Below are positions 51,471 to 63,762 of a stretch of DNA of 64,000 bases, piece by piece (position 1 is the stretch's first letter; each line of letters begins with the position of its first letter). Position numbers and translations under genes: made by a program. The DNA comes from Chiloscyllium plagiosum (taxonomy: Eukaryota), in contig NC_057743.1 of NCBI RefSeq assembly GCF_004010195.1, positions 28,112,938 to 28,176,937 on the forward strand, given 5' to 3'. Below the pieces are notes generated by a model that saw only the letters and a program-made list of their open reading frames with translations, ran no database searches and had not been told where the DNA came from.

Positions 51471-52119
51471 CTGTTTCCCAAAGTAATGGGTCCCTCACAG
51501 GGACAGAGAGGAGCTCAGAGCAAGAAAGTGGACCAATGGAATGTTGTATTCCTGCTCTAGGCCCTGAGCAAGGTGGCTAGAACGTCTACAATCAGGAAAC
51601 AAGGGCCTCCATGGCCACTTTTAAAAAGACAAAGCAAGCCATTTGTAAATGATTGAGAATTACAAATTCTTAAATCAATTCTATAGCTTAATTTTTTCAC
51701 TTAAATGCTCAACAATAATCCAGCTGCTGGACTGTATCCTACTTGGTACTTACAGTAATGCACACAGAGCATCTGTCCACTGAATGCTTATCTGAAACGT
51801 TCTGCCCAGGCACAACACATGGTGAAGCTGAGTATATATTGGATTCTCTGGTAGATTGGAATCTGCGTCTCGACACTGCTCCAAATTCCACTGACGGCTG
51901 CACTCAGCATTTAATCCCTTTTCAATGCTGGAGCTGGGAGGAGGTGAATTGCAGTACCACATTGCAGTGGAATGTTTGTGTCAGTCTGCCGCTTTGACAC
52001 ACAGCAGCTTTTGCTGACTGCCAACTTTCTTTGACCTGTTAATGTCACTTCTCCAGAAAATCAGAATAAAACCCCCACTGTTGCACTAGGAACTGGGTTT
52101 CTACTTCTCCTGCACGCTT

Positions 52120-52220
52120 AGATTCCTGATGAAGGGCTTATTCCCGAAACATCCACTCTTTTGCTCTTTGGATTCTGCATGACCCGCTGTGCTTTTCCAG
52201 TGCCACACTTTTCGACACTT
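52120..52220 (+). mobile_element. PLE family-1 terminal fragment with a hammerhead-like core
   Basis: CTGATGA-A-GGG-CTTATT-CCC-GAAAC-ATC at 52126-52153. Confidence 0.65.
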
Positions 52221-52354
52221 AGAGAGTATCAACAGAATAGAATAGAATACAATATCCTTTAATGTCACGTGTACGGAGGTACAGGAGTACAGTGAAAAGT
52301 TTACAATGATGCCTCTCATGGTGCCATCTTAGATGCAAAGCACCTAGGAAGGGT

Positions 52355-52645
52355 AGCTCAGTGGTTAGCACTGCTGCCTCACAGTGCCAGGGACCCAGGT
52401 TCAATCCCAGCCTCAGGCGACTTGTCAATGTGAAGTTTGCACATGCTTCGTGTCTGCATGGATTCCCTCTGGATATTTCCGGTTTCCTCCCACAGTCCAA
52501 AGATATGCAAGTTAGGTGGATTGACATGCTAACTTTCCCTGTAGTGTCCAGGGTTTAGTGGATTTGCCATGGGAAATGCAAGATTACAGAGATAGGGCAA
52601 GAGGATGGGTCTGGTTGGGATGATTTTCAGAATGGGATTCTATGA
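52355..52645 (+). mobile_element. HE1 V-SINE
   Basis: gctcagtggttagcactgctgcctcacagtgccagggacccaggttcaatccc head followed by the V-domain. Confidence 0.85.
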
Positions 52646-53464
52646 AATTTTACATACAAAAAGAGGAATTAAAAACTAAAAATTGCATTACCTTCCAGTG
52701 ATTCTTAGAAATAAGACATAGTTAAATGGATAAACATTACAGTTAGATAAACAAATTCCAGATAAACATTACATTATAGTAGCTCAGTGCAGGGGCTTCC
52801 ATGCATGGTCCAATCTGCTGACCACCCATGCCAGACTCCAGTCTGACAATCATCCCCGCTGTGCTCCAGGTCTCCAGCCTGCTCTGTTCCGGCTCTCAGC
52901 CACTCCGATCTGCTCCCGCTCTCAGCCAATCCGACCTGCTCCAGGCCTCCATCCCGCTCTACTCCAGCTCTCAGCCACGTAATGAAATTTTAGAATTGAT
53001 AATCAAAAACGGATGAGTGTTCAGGAGTGCTTTGTCGGAGGAGAGAGAGAAACTGAGATGTTTGTGGGTGGAATTCCAAACCTCAGAACCAAAGCAACTG
53101 AAGGCCTTTGGTTAGTTTTTAGCTTTCCAGTCCAGGTTTTATTAATTGAATTTAAATTGCACCAGTTGCCATGGTGGGAATTGAACCCCAAATCATTTTT
53201 ACCTCGGTCTCTGGATTACTAGTCTACTACAAGTGACATTACAACAAGGCAACTGACTGACATGAGCATATTTAGCAGGCCATCCAGGCCTCAACTCCCC
53301 TTTCATGAAACTCAGCATAGCTGTCAACACCCTGATATTTCAAAAATCTATCTACCTCCACTTCAAATACTTTCAGTGATCGAGTATCCACAACTAAGTG
53401 AGGCAGAGAATTCCAGACGTACACCAACCTCCTTGAGAAGAAATTCCTTCACGTCTCAGTTAAG

Positions 53465-53965
53465 ACTGGAGGCCTGTCATCAGCAGTGTGCCACAAGGAT
53501 TAGTTCTGGGTCATAGAATCATAGAGATGTCCTGTACAGAAACAGTCATAAGAAGAACCTGTGTTGGCTGGGACTTTTTTCCCTGGAGCAAGGAAGGTTG
53601 AGGGGTGATCTTATACAAGTCTATAAAATCATGAGGGGCATAGATAAGATGAATAGCCCAAGTCTTTTTCCAAGAGTTCGTGGAGTCCAAAACTAAAGGG
53701 CATAGTGAGAGGGGAAAGATTTAAAAGGGACCTAAAAGGCAACGTTTCACACAGAGGGATGTGCATTTATGGAATAAGCTGCAAGAGGAATTGGTAAATA
53801 TAGGTATAATTACAACATTTAAAAGACGCGGACAGGTACATGGATAGGAAAGGTTTAGAAGGAAAGGGCAAGTGGGACTAGTTCAGTTTAGGATACCTGT
53901 TTGGCATGGATGAGTTGCTGTCTGATAAGGGTCTGTTTCCGTCCCATATGACAATGAATCTATAA
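53465..53965 (+). mobile_element. Rearranged CR1 3' fragment
   Basis: LRGDLIQVYKIMRGIDK segment and CR1 3' UTR, with a short inverted tail at 53511-53545. Confidence 0.75.
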
Positions 53966-56246
53966 ACGAGTTGCCTTATTCCGTAACATACCCCAGATTC
54001 CCTCACTAATGGAAACATCTTCTCAATATCTACCCTGCTAAGCCCACTCAGAATCTTGCACGTTTTAGTTTCTTCTAAACTCTAATCAGGAAAGACCTAA
54101 ACTGTTTAGCTGCTCTCAATAAGTAAACCCACTCATCCTAGGAGTCAGCAAAGTGAATCTCTTTTGAACTGTCACAAATAAACACCTAATCTGGTAATTG
54201 TTGATTGGTGTGTGCAAATTGCTTGCATTTTTTCTGACTCGAAAGACCACATTTCAAAAAGTGTTTAATTGGCTGCGAAGTGCTTTGGGATGTTCTGAGG
54301 TTGTGGAAAACACTGTATAAATGAAAGTTCTTTACGAATCTGGAGAGTAGGAACTGAATGATCACTGAATGTTTGGTGTTCACTAATGTTGATCATCTTT
54401 TAATTCACTTACAGGATATGAGCGTCTCTGGCCAGGCCAATGTTTATTGTCCATCTCTGATTGTCCTGAGGGCAGTTAAGAGTCGAACACATTGCTGCAG
54501 GTTCAGGGTTACATGCAAGCCAGACTGGGTGAGGGTGGCAGAATTCCTTCTCTAAAGGACATTAATGAACCAGATGGGTTTTTCTAACAAACCACCAGTG
54601 GTTTCATGGTCACCATTAGATCCTTAATTCCAGATTCTTTACTGAATTCAAATTCTACCATCTGCCAGGTCCCCAGTACATAAGCTGAATTTCTGGATTA
54701 ATAGTCAAGTGATAATACTACAAGGCCCATTGCCTGGAATACAGGTGAAAGGGTTAATGCTGAAGCATGCCATAAGTACCATCAACAATGATTATGTCAT
54801 ATGAGAACAACTTAAGACCTTGAAGGAGTAAGACCATTAATTGGGGTTTTCTTCAGAGACTCAATAACAGCATCTATCACAATGATGTAACTTGTACATC
54901 ATACAATAAACAGTATGAGCCTCTTATCATTAGCTTACCATGTGATTTTCTGAGACAACACTAGACCAAGCAGGTCCTGTAGATCCCTACCAGGAAAGAG
55001 GATAGTGGCAGCAAACCTACGAGAAAGATGATACGACATGATGAGCAGTAGTGGGGTTTCATCTTATAACATGGTCACAGCAGCATGGATTCCATTCAGC
55101 TGCATCCTACAACATCAGAGGAAATTTAAAAACTCCTTCCAAGCCAGTTTTAAGAAATTGCTCGTGCAGATGGTCAGCAGCTAGAAAAACTGAGAAATCT
55201 CAAGAAGAGAACCTCCTGGCAATGAACAACAAAGCAGAATCGACAATTGATGGTCAAAGGTATTTCAGACCTGGCGAGGGTTGTTCAACAACAAGAGGGA
55301 GCGCAGAATTCTGTGCAGCTGGAGATTTAATCACACCAAGATGGTTACAAGTTGCATTGGCTGCTGCTGATCCATAGGAGCCATCCCAATTTGAGGTACA
55401 GCTAGAGAGTGAATGGGCATCAGAGGCTGCATGAATAAACTTGAAGTCTCTGGTAAGCAAGCAGTTTTAAATGGCACAATTTACGGGCTACGAAAACTGG
55501 AAATAAAATACAGGCGTCCAAATTGCATGGCACTCCCAAGTGATCCACACACAGTGATCAGCTTCATTAATCATGACATTGTCTGCCAATTCCAGAAGAA
55601 GCTGTGGAACATGGACTTCAGAGAGTGACACATCCAGAATGAAAATGAGAAGGAATGCTGACCGTGAGGCACAACTATTGTCAGGGAAATCAAGGGCCAC
55701 AGAAACACAGACCTTGCAATGTTGTGAAGCCACAATTAAAGTGTTAAAGGAGCAATTTAGAAACCTGAACAAATAAAGTCTAATGGAAAAAGAAAGTGAG
55801 GAGACCATTGAAGCCATGGGAAAGGCATGACTTAAACTGCAGGTAAGTCAGGAAAGATTTAATTAAACCCCATGCTGCAGGATTCATCGAGGAAGAAAAG
55901 GCGTCAAAACAACAGGGATCATTATTTAGAGCAAGAATCAATCAGCTGTGTAAAATGATTAAAAACAGGATTCATTTCGTAGAGCAACTAAGAGAGGCAT
56001 TCATTCAATAAGGCTGTTAAGAGAACAGAATCATTATTTAAACTACTTTAAAGCGAGGTGAAAGCAAAGATATTAAGGAAATGAGAATTGTTTATTATTT
56101 ATGGCATTCATCTAGAAAAGCTGCAGAGAAGGCAGAAATTATCTATTATACTCACAAAATGCTGGAATCCTCCATTTTGACCACAAAAGTTCAAAAAACA
56201 CTTCCATTGTGGCTGTTATCAGTAGCAGCAAAATGAAAAACCATTA

Positions 56247-56737
56247 CCCCTGACTAATGCACCTAACACTATGGCAATTTAGCATGGCCACTTCACCTGC
56301 ACATCTTTGGATTGTGGGAAGAAACCCACGCAGACGTGGGGAGAATGTGCAAAGTCCACACAGACAGTCACATAAGGCAGGAATTGAACACACTGAGCCA
56401 CTGTGCTGCCATCTTAAAATTTAGAAAATGGTGAAATGAGGTTCCAACGCCTCTTTCACCTGGACTGCTCTTCAGTTTACAGAAAAATTTACATTCCTGT
56501 TCTTTGGCTGTCTACAATTGAGGGGGAAACAGATCAGAGAATTTCTTCATGAGAATTGCTGCTGGATCTAGCCTAACAGGTCCAAGCAGCAAGCAGTCAA
56601 TGAGGTTCTTCAGGCCAACTGCCAGCCTCTCTCCCACAACTATTTCAATGCTTGGGTGTCTCTAAAGAAGGAGCACACGTTGTCAGCCAATACACCAGAG
56701 CCTTTCCTAGGTATCAGAATGACTGGAGTCCATAATA
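56247..56737 (-). repeat. Left arm of a long-range inverted duplication (partner at 63236-63762); includes part of an HE1 SINE
   Basis: About 330 bp of non-SINE sequence plus the SINE junction is the reverse complement of the right arm. Confidence 0.9.
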
Positions 56738-58049
56738 CAAGTAATTGTTATCATGCAATAAACTACAAATTGTCAAGACAGGAGTCTCTTGTTAGACTAC
56801 CAGCAATTTCCTTCACGAGATCAAACAGTCCCTGTAGATCCCTACTAGAATGGAGAATGATGGCAGCAAATCCATCAATTAGCTCAGATAACATGATGAA
56901 CAGTGGTGAGGATTCATTTTATGACATATAAAAGCTTAAGTTTACAGATAAAACTCAAAAGGAGGTCATTTGATCTATCAGGTCTGTGGCAATCAAAGAA
57001 CTGCTATCCTGTCTAATCTAACCTTTCAACTTTTGGTCCATAGACCCACCTCAAGTATAAATCCAGATTTTAAAAAAAGGCCAATAAGAGTTTTTCCCTC
57101 AACCTATACACTTTCAGGCAGTGAGTTCCAGATCCCCAACACTCTCTGGGTGAAAAATATTCTCAACTCCCCTCAAATCATTTTACTAATTGCTTTAAAT
57201 CTATGCCCCCAGGCTGCTTATTTCTCTGCTGGGGGGCATATATTGTTCCGATCTACTCGATTTAGGTTTCTGAATTCTGAACTCCTCAATTAAATCTCCC
57301 ATAAGTTTATTCTGCTCCCAAGGCAACAAACCCTGTCCAACAAAGCTTTCCTAAATTGATAAAACTTTCCATTCCTGGCAACGTGTGTGTGAATCTCTCC
57401 TGTACTCTCTGCAGTCTGATCACACCATTTGTTTGCAAAAGGATGAAGAATTCTGTTAAATATGTAATATGAACCAGTGGAGCCCAGGACTGGGAGAGCA
57501 TTAAGTCTGGAGTTGCAGCATAAAGAAGAGGGCTGAGCAGGGTACAGATATGAAGCTCATGTGAGAGATTTTACTTGGGAATCTGGATCTAAATCTGTGC
57601 TTTGGGCTTGAGCGGCCAGGACCAGATACAGAATACTGCATGTTGAAGCTAATCAAATTTTAGGTGTGGTAGTCACATGGTTTCCTCATAGCATTGCCAA
57701 CTGAAGTTGGACAAATTCCTGCAGATTTAATCACATGATCTTTTAGCGCAAAAATACTTTCAACTTGTTTTGACATTTGTATAAATAAACAAGTATTCCA
57801 GGAAAACAAAACTTTTTTTTTGTAAATGCCCTGGTGATTTGTCAATGAATTGCTCCCAGCAATATCCAGATTTTTTTTTGTAATTCTTAGAAAATCTAGA
57901 ACTATCTGGGAGGGATCTTATTGCAATGAGGTTACCACCAACGAACAAGAAGCTGACAGAAGACAGCTGAAGTTAACAAAACCCATTCAGCACAATATGT
58001 CTCTCCCTCCCCTGTCCTTCCAATTGGGCCCAGGAAGATTCCTCATCAG

Positions 58050-58380
58050 AGTATGAGCAGTGGCCTATGGGTGGCGCAAACGTTGGGAGGACCGTTACTC
58101 TGGCGCCACCTCCTGCGATCATCTTGCTGGCCGTTGGTCGGGAGCATTGGACCCGCTGGAAACTCCGAATCGCTATTGGTGAGTTTCCCCTAGCAACGGC
58201 GTCAGTGCCTCGACCAATGGGTGGCGCTGTTATTGATTTCGGGCCGCCGTGCGATGGAGGTACTCCAGGGCACTGGTCGTTATGTCGGGGACGTGAAACG
58301 ACAGCTGCGGGACGGTGAGGACCCGGAATCGGCCGGTTAACGGGGCAGTGATACGGGCCGTTTAGAGGGGTAATACCTCC
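58050..58380 (+). promoter_or_regulatory. CpG island / MORN1 promoter with CCAAT boxes and an RFX X-box
   Basis: CpG-rich; ATTGG at about 58146 and 58175; CCAAT at about 58214; X-box-like GTTTCCCCTAGCAAC at 58183-58197. Confidence 0.65.
58254..58314 (+). CDS. MORN1: MORN1 coding exon 1
   Basis: gcgATGG Kozak context; MEVLQGTGRYVGDVKRQLRD(G) is the first half of a MORN repeat (Y.G......RDG); phase-1 donor G|GTGAGG fits exon 2. Confidence 0.8.
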
Positions 58381-59755
58381 AGCCAGTACAGTGCAGTTGG
58401 GAAGTTGTCTGCTGGTTGTTGTATTTGGCATGTTAATATTTTTCCCACATGTCTCTGGTTGTCAAGCGTGTTAGCTTAGTGGCAGTGGTCAATCTGCTTG
58501 TTATGTCGTTGCAAGACAGTTTAAACTCTGATGTGGAGGATATGGAGAATCAATAACAACCTAAACAGCTTACTTTAACATAACAAACACAGAGCCATAA
58601 GAGGAGGCTATTTTTCACCTCTCCCTCCTTATTAAATATATTCCATCATGGTAAAAATCTCACAACATCAGGTTATAGTCCAACAGGTTCATTTGGAGTA
58701 CCTTTGGAACGCTGCTTCTTCATCAGGTAGCTGTGGAGTAGGATCATAAGACAGAATTTATAGCAAAAGCTCACAGTATCATGCAATTGATTCAATATAT
58801 TGAACAAACCTAGATTGCTGTTAAGTCTTTAATCTTTTTGAATGGGTTGCAGGTACCAATTCATTAATATGTAAATCCAAGAACTTTTTCGAAGTCGCAT
58901 TCCTGAGATAACTTAAGATTTTATATTAAAAAAGTGATATCTCAGCCCTGACACACTATAGGTGTGAGGTTAGAGTCTGTCTGTATTTCAATCTTGACTC
59001 ACACCGGTTCTATTTCCAAAGTAGGAATTTATAAAATGTCACACGGACTGACTGCCTATTGTATGTTTTTGAACAAAATAGAATGTTTCTGCAAATACAT
59101 TTGTGATTTGATCTTGATTTTAACTTTTAAACCTTACTGGGGATAACTCTATTCTTAGCACTATGTTTGACAACAAGTCCTTTCATTTAATTGATTTTTT
59201 TCAACAATGGGTAGGTATACGAAGGTAAGAAAGGAAGTCATGCACTTTAAACCAGGGTCAGGAGTTACAGTGTGAATGAAATGGTGCAATTTTGATGGAT
59301 ATGTACTCCATTGTGAAAAATGATGTTAGAAATTTAAACAGCAATGTCCTATCCTGCCTGTCTTTCAGTCTGTCTATCTTCACATGCACCATTTCTAGTT
59401 ACACTCCACCTTACTTATAAGATACAAGAAATAAGTGAAGTTGCTATTTATCCAGGCTAGGAGTTACATTAAAACGTCTTGAGGCTGTCATTTACAGAAA
59501 CATGTGTTTGTCACATATCTTTACTGGACATATTTGCTTTGAAAAGGTTTGACTTAGTCATTGCTAATCTTCAATCCCTCCCTGAGACAAAGGACTGCCG
59601 GGGTCTAATCTCTCACTTTCGGATTCTCTATGACTTTTATGCATATGCAAATGCAAATTCACCCTATAGGGTTGGGTGGGTGTGTGTGCGCGCACGCATG
59701 TGAGGGGGAGAGAGCGTGAGTGTGACAGAGTATAAGCCTGCGAGAGGGTGTGACC

Positions 59756-59756
<1 letters not shown>

Positions 59757-59803
<47 letters not shown>

Positions 59804-59812
59804 CAGACAGAC
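59757..59812. repeat. (GT)n(GA)n microsatellite within the PLE
   Basis: Read directly from the sequence. Confidence 0.9.
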
Positions 59813-59993
59813 AAACACTGTGTGAGTATGTAAGAATGTGTGTGCATGATAGTGTGTAGTGTGACATGAGCCCAAGGTCCCTGTTAAGGCCATCCTCTTG
59901 GGTGCCGAATATGTTTAGGATGGAAGCTAGAGAAGTGCACTTCTCTATTACATATTAAAACAGCCATCCCCAACGGACAAGCCGTATGCATAC

Positions 59994-61475
59994 TGAACTC
60001 ATCTCTGTCTACCTTGACACTGTCCTATCCTCTCCAGTCTAGTAACTCCCCACATACGTTCAAGACACCACCCACGCCGTCCACCTCCTCCAAGACATCC
60101 GTTTCCCCGGCCCCCAACACCTCATCTTCACCATGGATATCCAATCCCTCTACATCTCCATCTGCCATTAACAGGGCCTCCATGCCTTCCGTTTCTTCCT
60201 CTCCTGACGTCCTCAACAGTACCCTTCCACAGACACACTCATTCGTTTGGCTGAACTGGTCCTCACCCTCAACAATTTCTCCTTCGAATCCGCCCACTTC
60301 CTCCAGACCAAAGGGGTAGCCATGGGCACACATATGGGCCCCAGCTATGCCTGTCTCTTTGTTGGCTACGTAGAACAGTCCACGTTCCATAGTTTCACTG
60401 GCACCACTCCCCACCTCTTCCTCCGCTACATTGATGACTGCATAGGCGCCATCTCGTGCTCCAGCGAGGAGGTTGAGCAATTCATCAACTTCACCAACAC
60501 ATTCCACCCTGACCTTAAATTTACCTGGACCATCTCTGACACCTCCTCCCCTTCCTGGACCTCTCCATCTCCATTAATGACCACTGACTTGACACCGACA
60601 TTTTTAACAAACCCACCGACTCCCACAGCTACCTGGATTACACCTCTTCCCACCCTACTGCTCACCTTCCACCCTACCAACCTTCGCAAAAACCAAATCA
60701 TCCGCCGACATTTCCGCCACCTCCAAATGGACCCAACCACCAGGGATATATTTCCCTCCCCACCCCTCTCTGCTTTCCGCAAAGACCGTTCCCTCCATGA
60801 CTACCTGGTCAGGTCCACGCCCCCCAACAACCCACCCTCCCATCCTGGTACCTGCCCCTGCCACCGCAGTAATTGCAAAACCTGCGCCCACACCTCCTCC
60901 CTCACCTCCATCCAAGGCCCCAAAGGAGCCTTCCACATCCATCAAAGTTTTACCTGCACATCCACCAATATCATTTTTGTATCCGTTGCTCCCGATGCGG
61001 TCTTCTCTACATTGGGGAGCCTGCACACCTCTTAGCAGAGCGCTTTAGGGAACATCTCTGGGACACCCGCACCAATCAACCACACCGCCCTGTGGCCCAA
61101 CATTTCAGCTCCCCCTCCCACTCAGCCGAGGACATGGAGGTCCTGGGCCTCCTTCACCACCGCTCCCTCACCATCCGACACCTGGAGGAAGAACGCCTCA
61201 TCTTCCACCTCGGAACAATTCAACACCAAGACATCAATGTGGACTTCACCAGTTTCCTCATTTCCCCTTCCCCCACCTCATCCAGTTTCTCCCCACCTCC
61301 ACCCTCCTCTCATTTATCTCTTCACCCTGCAGGCACTCTGCCTCTATTCCTAATGAAGGGCTTTTGCCCGAAACGTCGATTTTCCTGCTCCTTGGATGCT
61401 GCCTGAACTGCTGTGCTTTTCCAGCACCACTCTAATCTAGAGTCTGGTTTCCAGCATCTGCAGTCCTTGCTTTTA
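59994..61475 (+). mobile_element. Penelope-like element, family 1 (RT, GIY-YIG endonuclease, hammerhead-bearing terminal repeat), nested with a 12 bp TSD
   Basis: FTMDIQSLY, QTKGVAMGTHMGPSYACLF and RYIDD (RT); CIRCSRCGLLYIGE...ERFREH (GIY-YIG); TSD ccgtatgcatac at 59982-59993 and 61476-61487. Confidence 0.9.
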
Positions 61476-63235
61476 CCGTATGCATACGGATCAGTTCAGA
61501 TGGGGAGGAAGGCGACGGACACCTGAAGGTGCTGAAGGATACCCTCATAAGAACAGGGTACGATGCTCAACTCATCGATTGCCAGTTCCAATGTGCCACA
61601 GTGAGAAACTGTAATGACCTCCTCAGGAGACAGACACTGGATCCAACCGATAGGGTACCCTTCGTTGTCCAGTACTTCCCAGCAGTGGAGAAACTACGGC
61701 ATATCTTCGCAGCCTGCTACACATTATCGATGAGGATGAGCACCTCACCAAGACCTTGCCTACGCCTCCACCTCTCACCATTAAACAACCGCCAAACCTG
61801 AAACAGACCATTGTTTGCAGCAAACTGCCCGGACTTCAGGACAACATCGACTACAACACCGTACTACTCTGTCTTGGCGACCACTGCAAGACGTGTTAGT
61901 GTTGACATGGATACCACCATTATACATGGGGACACCACCCACCATGTATGCATGTGACTTGGCCATTGTTGTCTGTCGTATACGCTGCAGGCAAGATGCC
62001 CCGAGACATGGTAAATTGGCGAGACCCAACAGATGCTACGGCAACAGATGAATGGATACCGTGCAACAATCATCAAACGGGGATTGTTCTCCAAGGCGGA
62101 CTTCAGCATACGCAACAACGCAGAGTGGCTGAGCAGAGGCTGATAGCTAAATTTGGCACTCATGAGGAGGCCTTCAGCAGGACGTTGGATTCATGTCACA
62201 CTACAGGTGACCCCACTACACTATACACTCTCACGCACACACAAAAGCACACATACACACACATTCTTCTGCTCTCTCACTCATGCAGATCCTCTCTCAT
62301 ACACACTGTCTTTCAGACACACACATATACCCCACACACACTTACCCATGTGCGCTCTCTCACTCTCTGTCTGTCTAGAGTCAGTCTGACTCAAGATTGG
62401 AATACAGATAAACTCGAACCTCACACCTTTTACTGCATTTTATGAACTGAGATGTCACTTTTTTGTTATAAACTCTTAAGTTATCTTGGGAATGGGACTT
62501 GAAAGAAATTCTGGGATTTACATTTAAAGAATCGATACCTGCGACGCATTCTAAAAGATGAAAGATTTAACAGCAGTCTAGGTTTGTTCAATATATTGTA
62601 TCGGTTGCATGATACTATGATCTTTTGCTATAAATTGTGACTTGCGATTCTGCCCCACTAGTTACCTGATGAGGGCACAGTGCTACAAAAGTTAGTACTT
62701 CCAAATAAACCTGTTGGACTATAACCTGGTGTTGTGTGACTCAAAGTTTTGGAATTTGGGAAAAAGCCTCAAACCATCCTGGCCTGAAAATGAGAAGTTT
62801 TCTATAGAAAAGATGAATTTTTGCCCTTGGTGGTCAACTGTATATTCCCTTTCATTAGAGTTGACTGACTCCAATTCAGACCTGAATTGGTTTCAGGCAT
62901 AACCTGTGTTGGAGTAATACTCTACTTGTATAACCAACCACATCTCAATAACAAATAAAAACAAATGATGTCTCAACAATTCACCCCCATCCCTTTATTG
63001 CAATGCGTCCTTAACTGAAGGCAGTAGGGTGAATGAGGGCAAAGTATCAAAGTCCTTCTTTATTTTCCACTCATTTAAATGCCAGTTGGGATACACAAAT
63101 GTTATCAATAGAAATCAAATTAACAGTAGTGTCTCCTTTCTGATTGCAAAAATAATAAGTGTCTAATAAATAATAAATGTCAAATTATACTTAAAATAAA
63201 AGTGAGTATATTACGTCAAAATGTGTTACTGTGTC

Positions 63236-63762
63236 TAGTATGGTCTCCAGTCATTCTGATACCCAGGAAAGTCTCTGGTGTATTGGCTGACAACATGTGT
63301 TCCTTCTTTAGAGACACCCAAGCACTGAAATTGTTGTGGGAGAGAGGCTGGCAGTTGGTCTGAAGAACCTCCTTGAGTGCTTGCTGCCTGGACCTGTTAG
63401 GCTAGATCCAGGAGTAATTCTCATGAAGCGATTCTGGTTTGTTTCCCCCTCAGGTGTAGACAGTCAAAGAACAGGAATGTCAATTTTTCTGTAAACTGAA
63501 GAGCAGTCCAGGTGAAAGAGGGGTTGGAACCTCATTCCACCATTTTCTAAATTTTAAGATGGCGGCACGATGGCTCAGTGGTTAGCACTGCTGCCTCCCA
63601 GCGCCAGGGACCCGGGTTTGATTCCTGCCTCGGGCGACTGTCTGTGAAGTTTGACATTCACCCTGTATCTGTGTGGGTTTCCTCCCACAATCCAAAAGAT
63701 GTGCAGGTCAAATAAATTGGCTGTGCTAATTTGCCCATAGTGTTAGTTGCATTAGTCAGGGG
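63236..63762 (+). repeat. Right arm of the long-range inverted duplication (MORN1 intron 1); HE1 SINE at 63560-63762
   Basis: ctgtaaactgaagagcagtccaggtgaaagag matches ctctttcacctggactgctcttcagtttacag at about 56451-56482 in reverse complement. Confidence 0.9.

Larger units (their letters stand above)
58652..62740. mobile_element. Composite PLE family-2 locus: minus-strand terminal repeat (58652-59100), minus-strand segment with (GT)n (59640-59935), plus-strand body and terminal repeat (59936-59993 joined to 61488-62740)
   Basis: Homologous to 49075-51470; the reading HIKTAIPNGQAVCIRISSD...HLKVLKDTLIRTGY is restored when the nested element is removed. Confidence 0.75.

Noticed and set aside
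52828-52980. C-rich imperfect minisatellite with a short Ser/Pro/Leu-rich ORF
   Set aside because: Low-complexity sequence with no splice signals or recognisable domain.
57973-58431. 152 aa minus-strand ORF over the MORN1 CpG island
   Set aside because: GC-rich DNA is depleted of stop codons; the Pro/Gly/Arg-rich product has no motif, and the MORN1 exon on the + strand explains the region.
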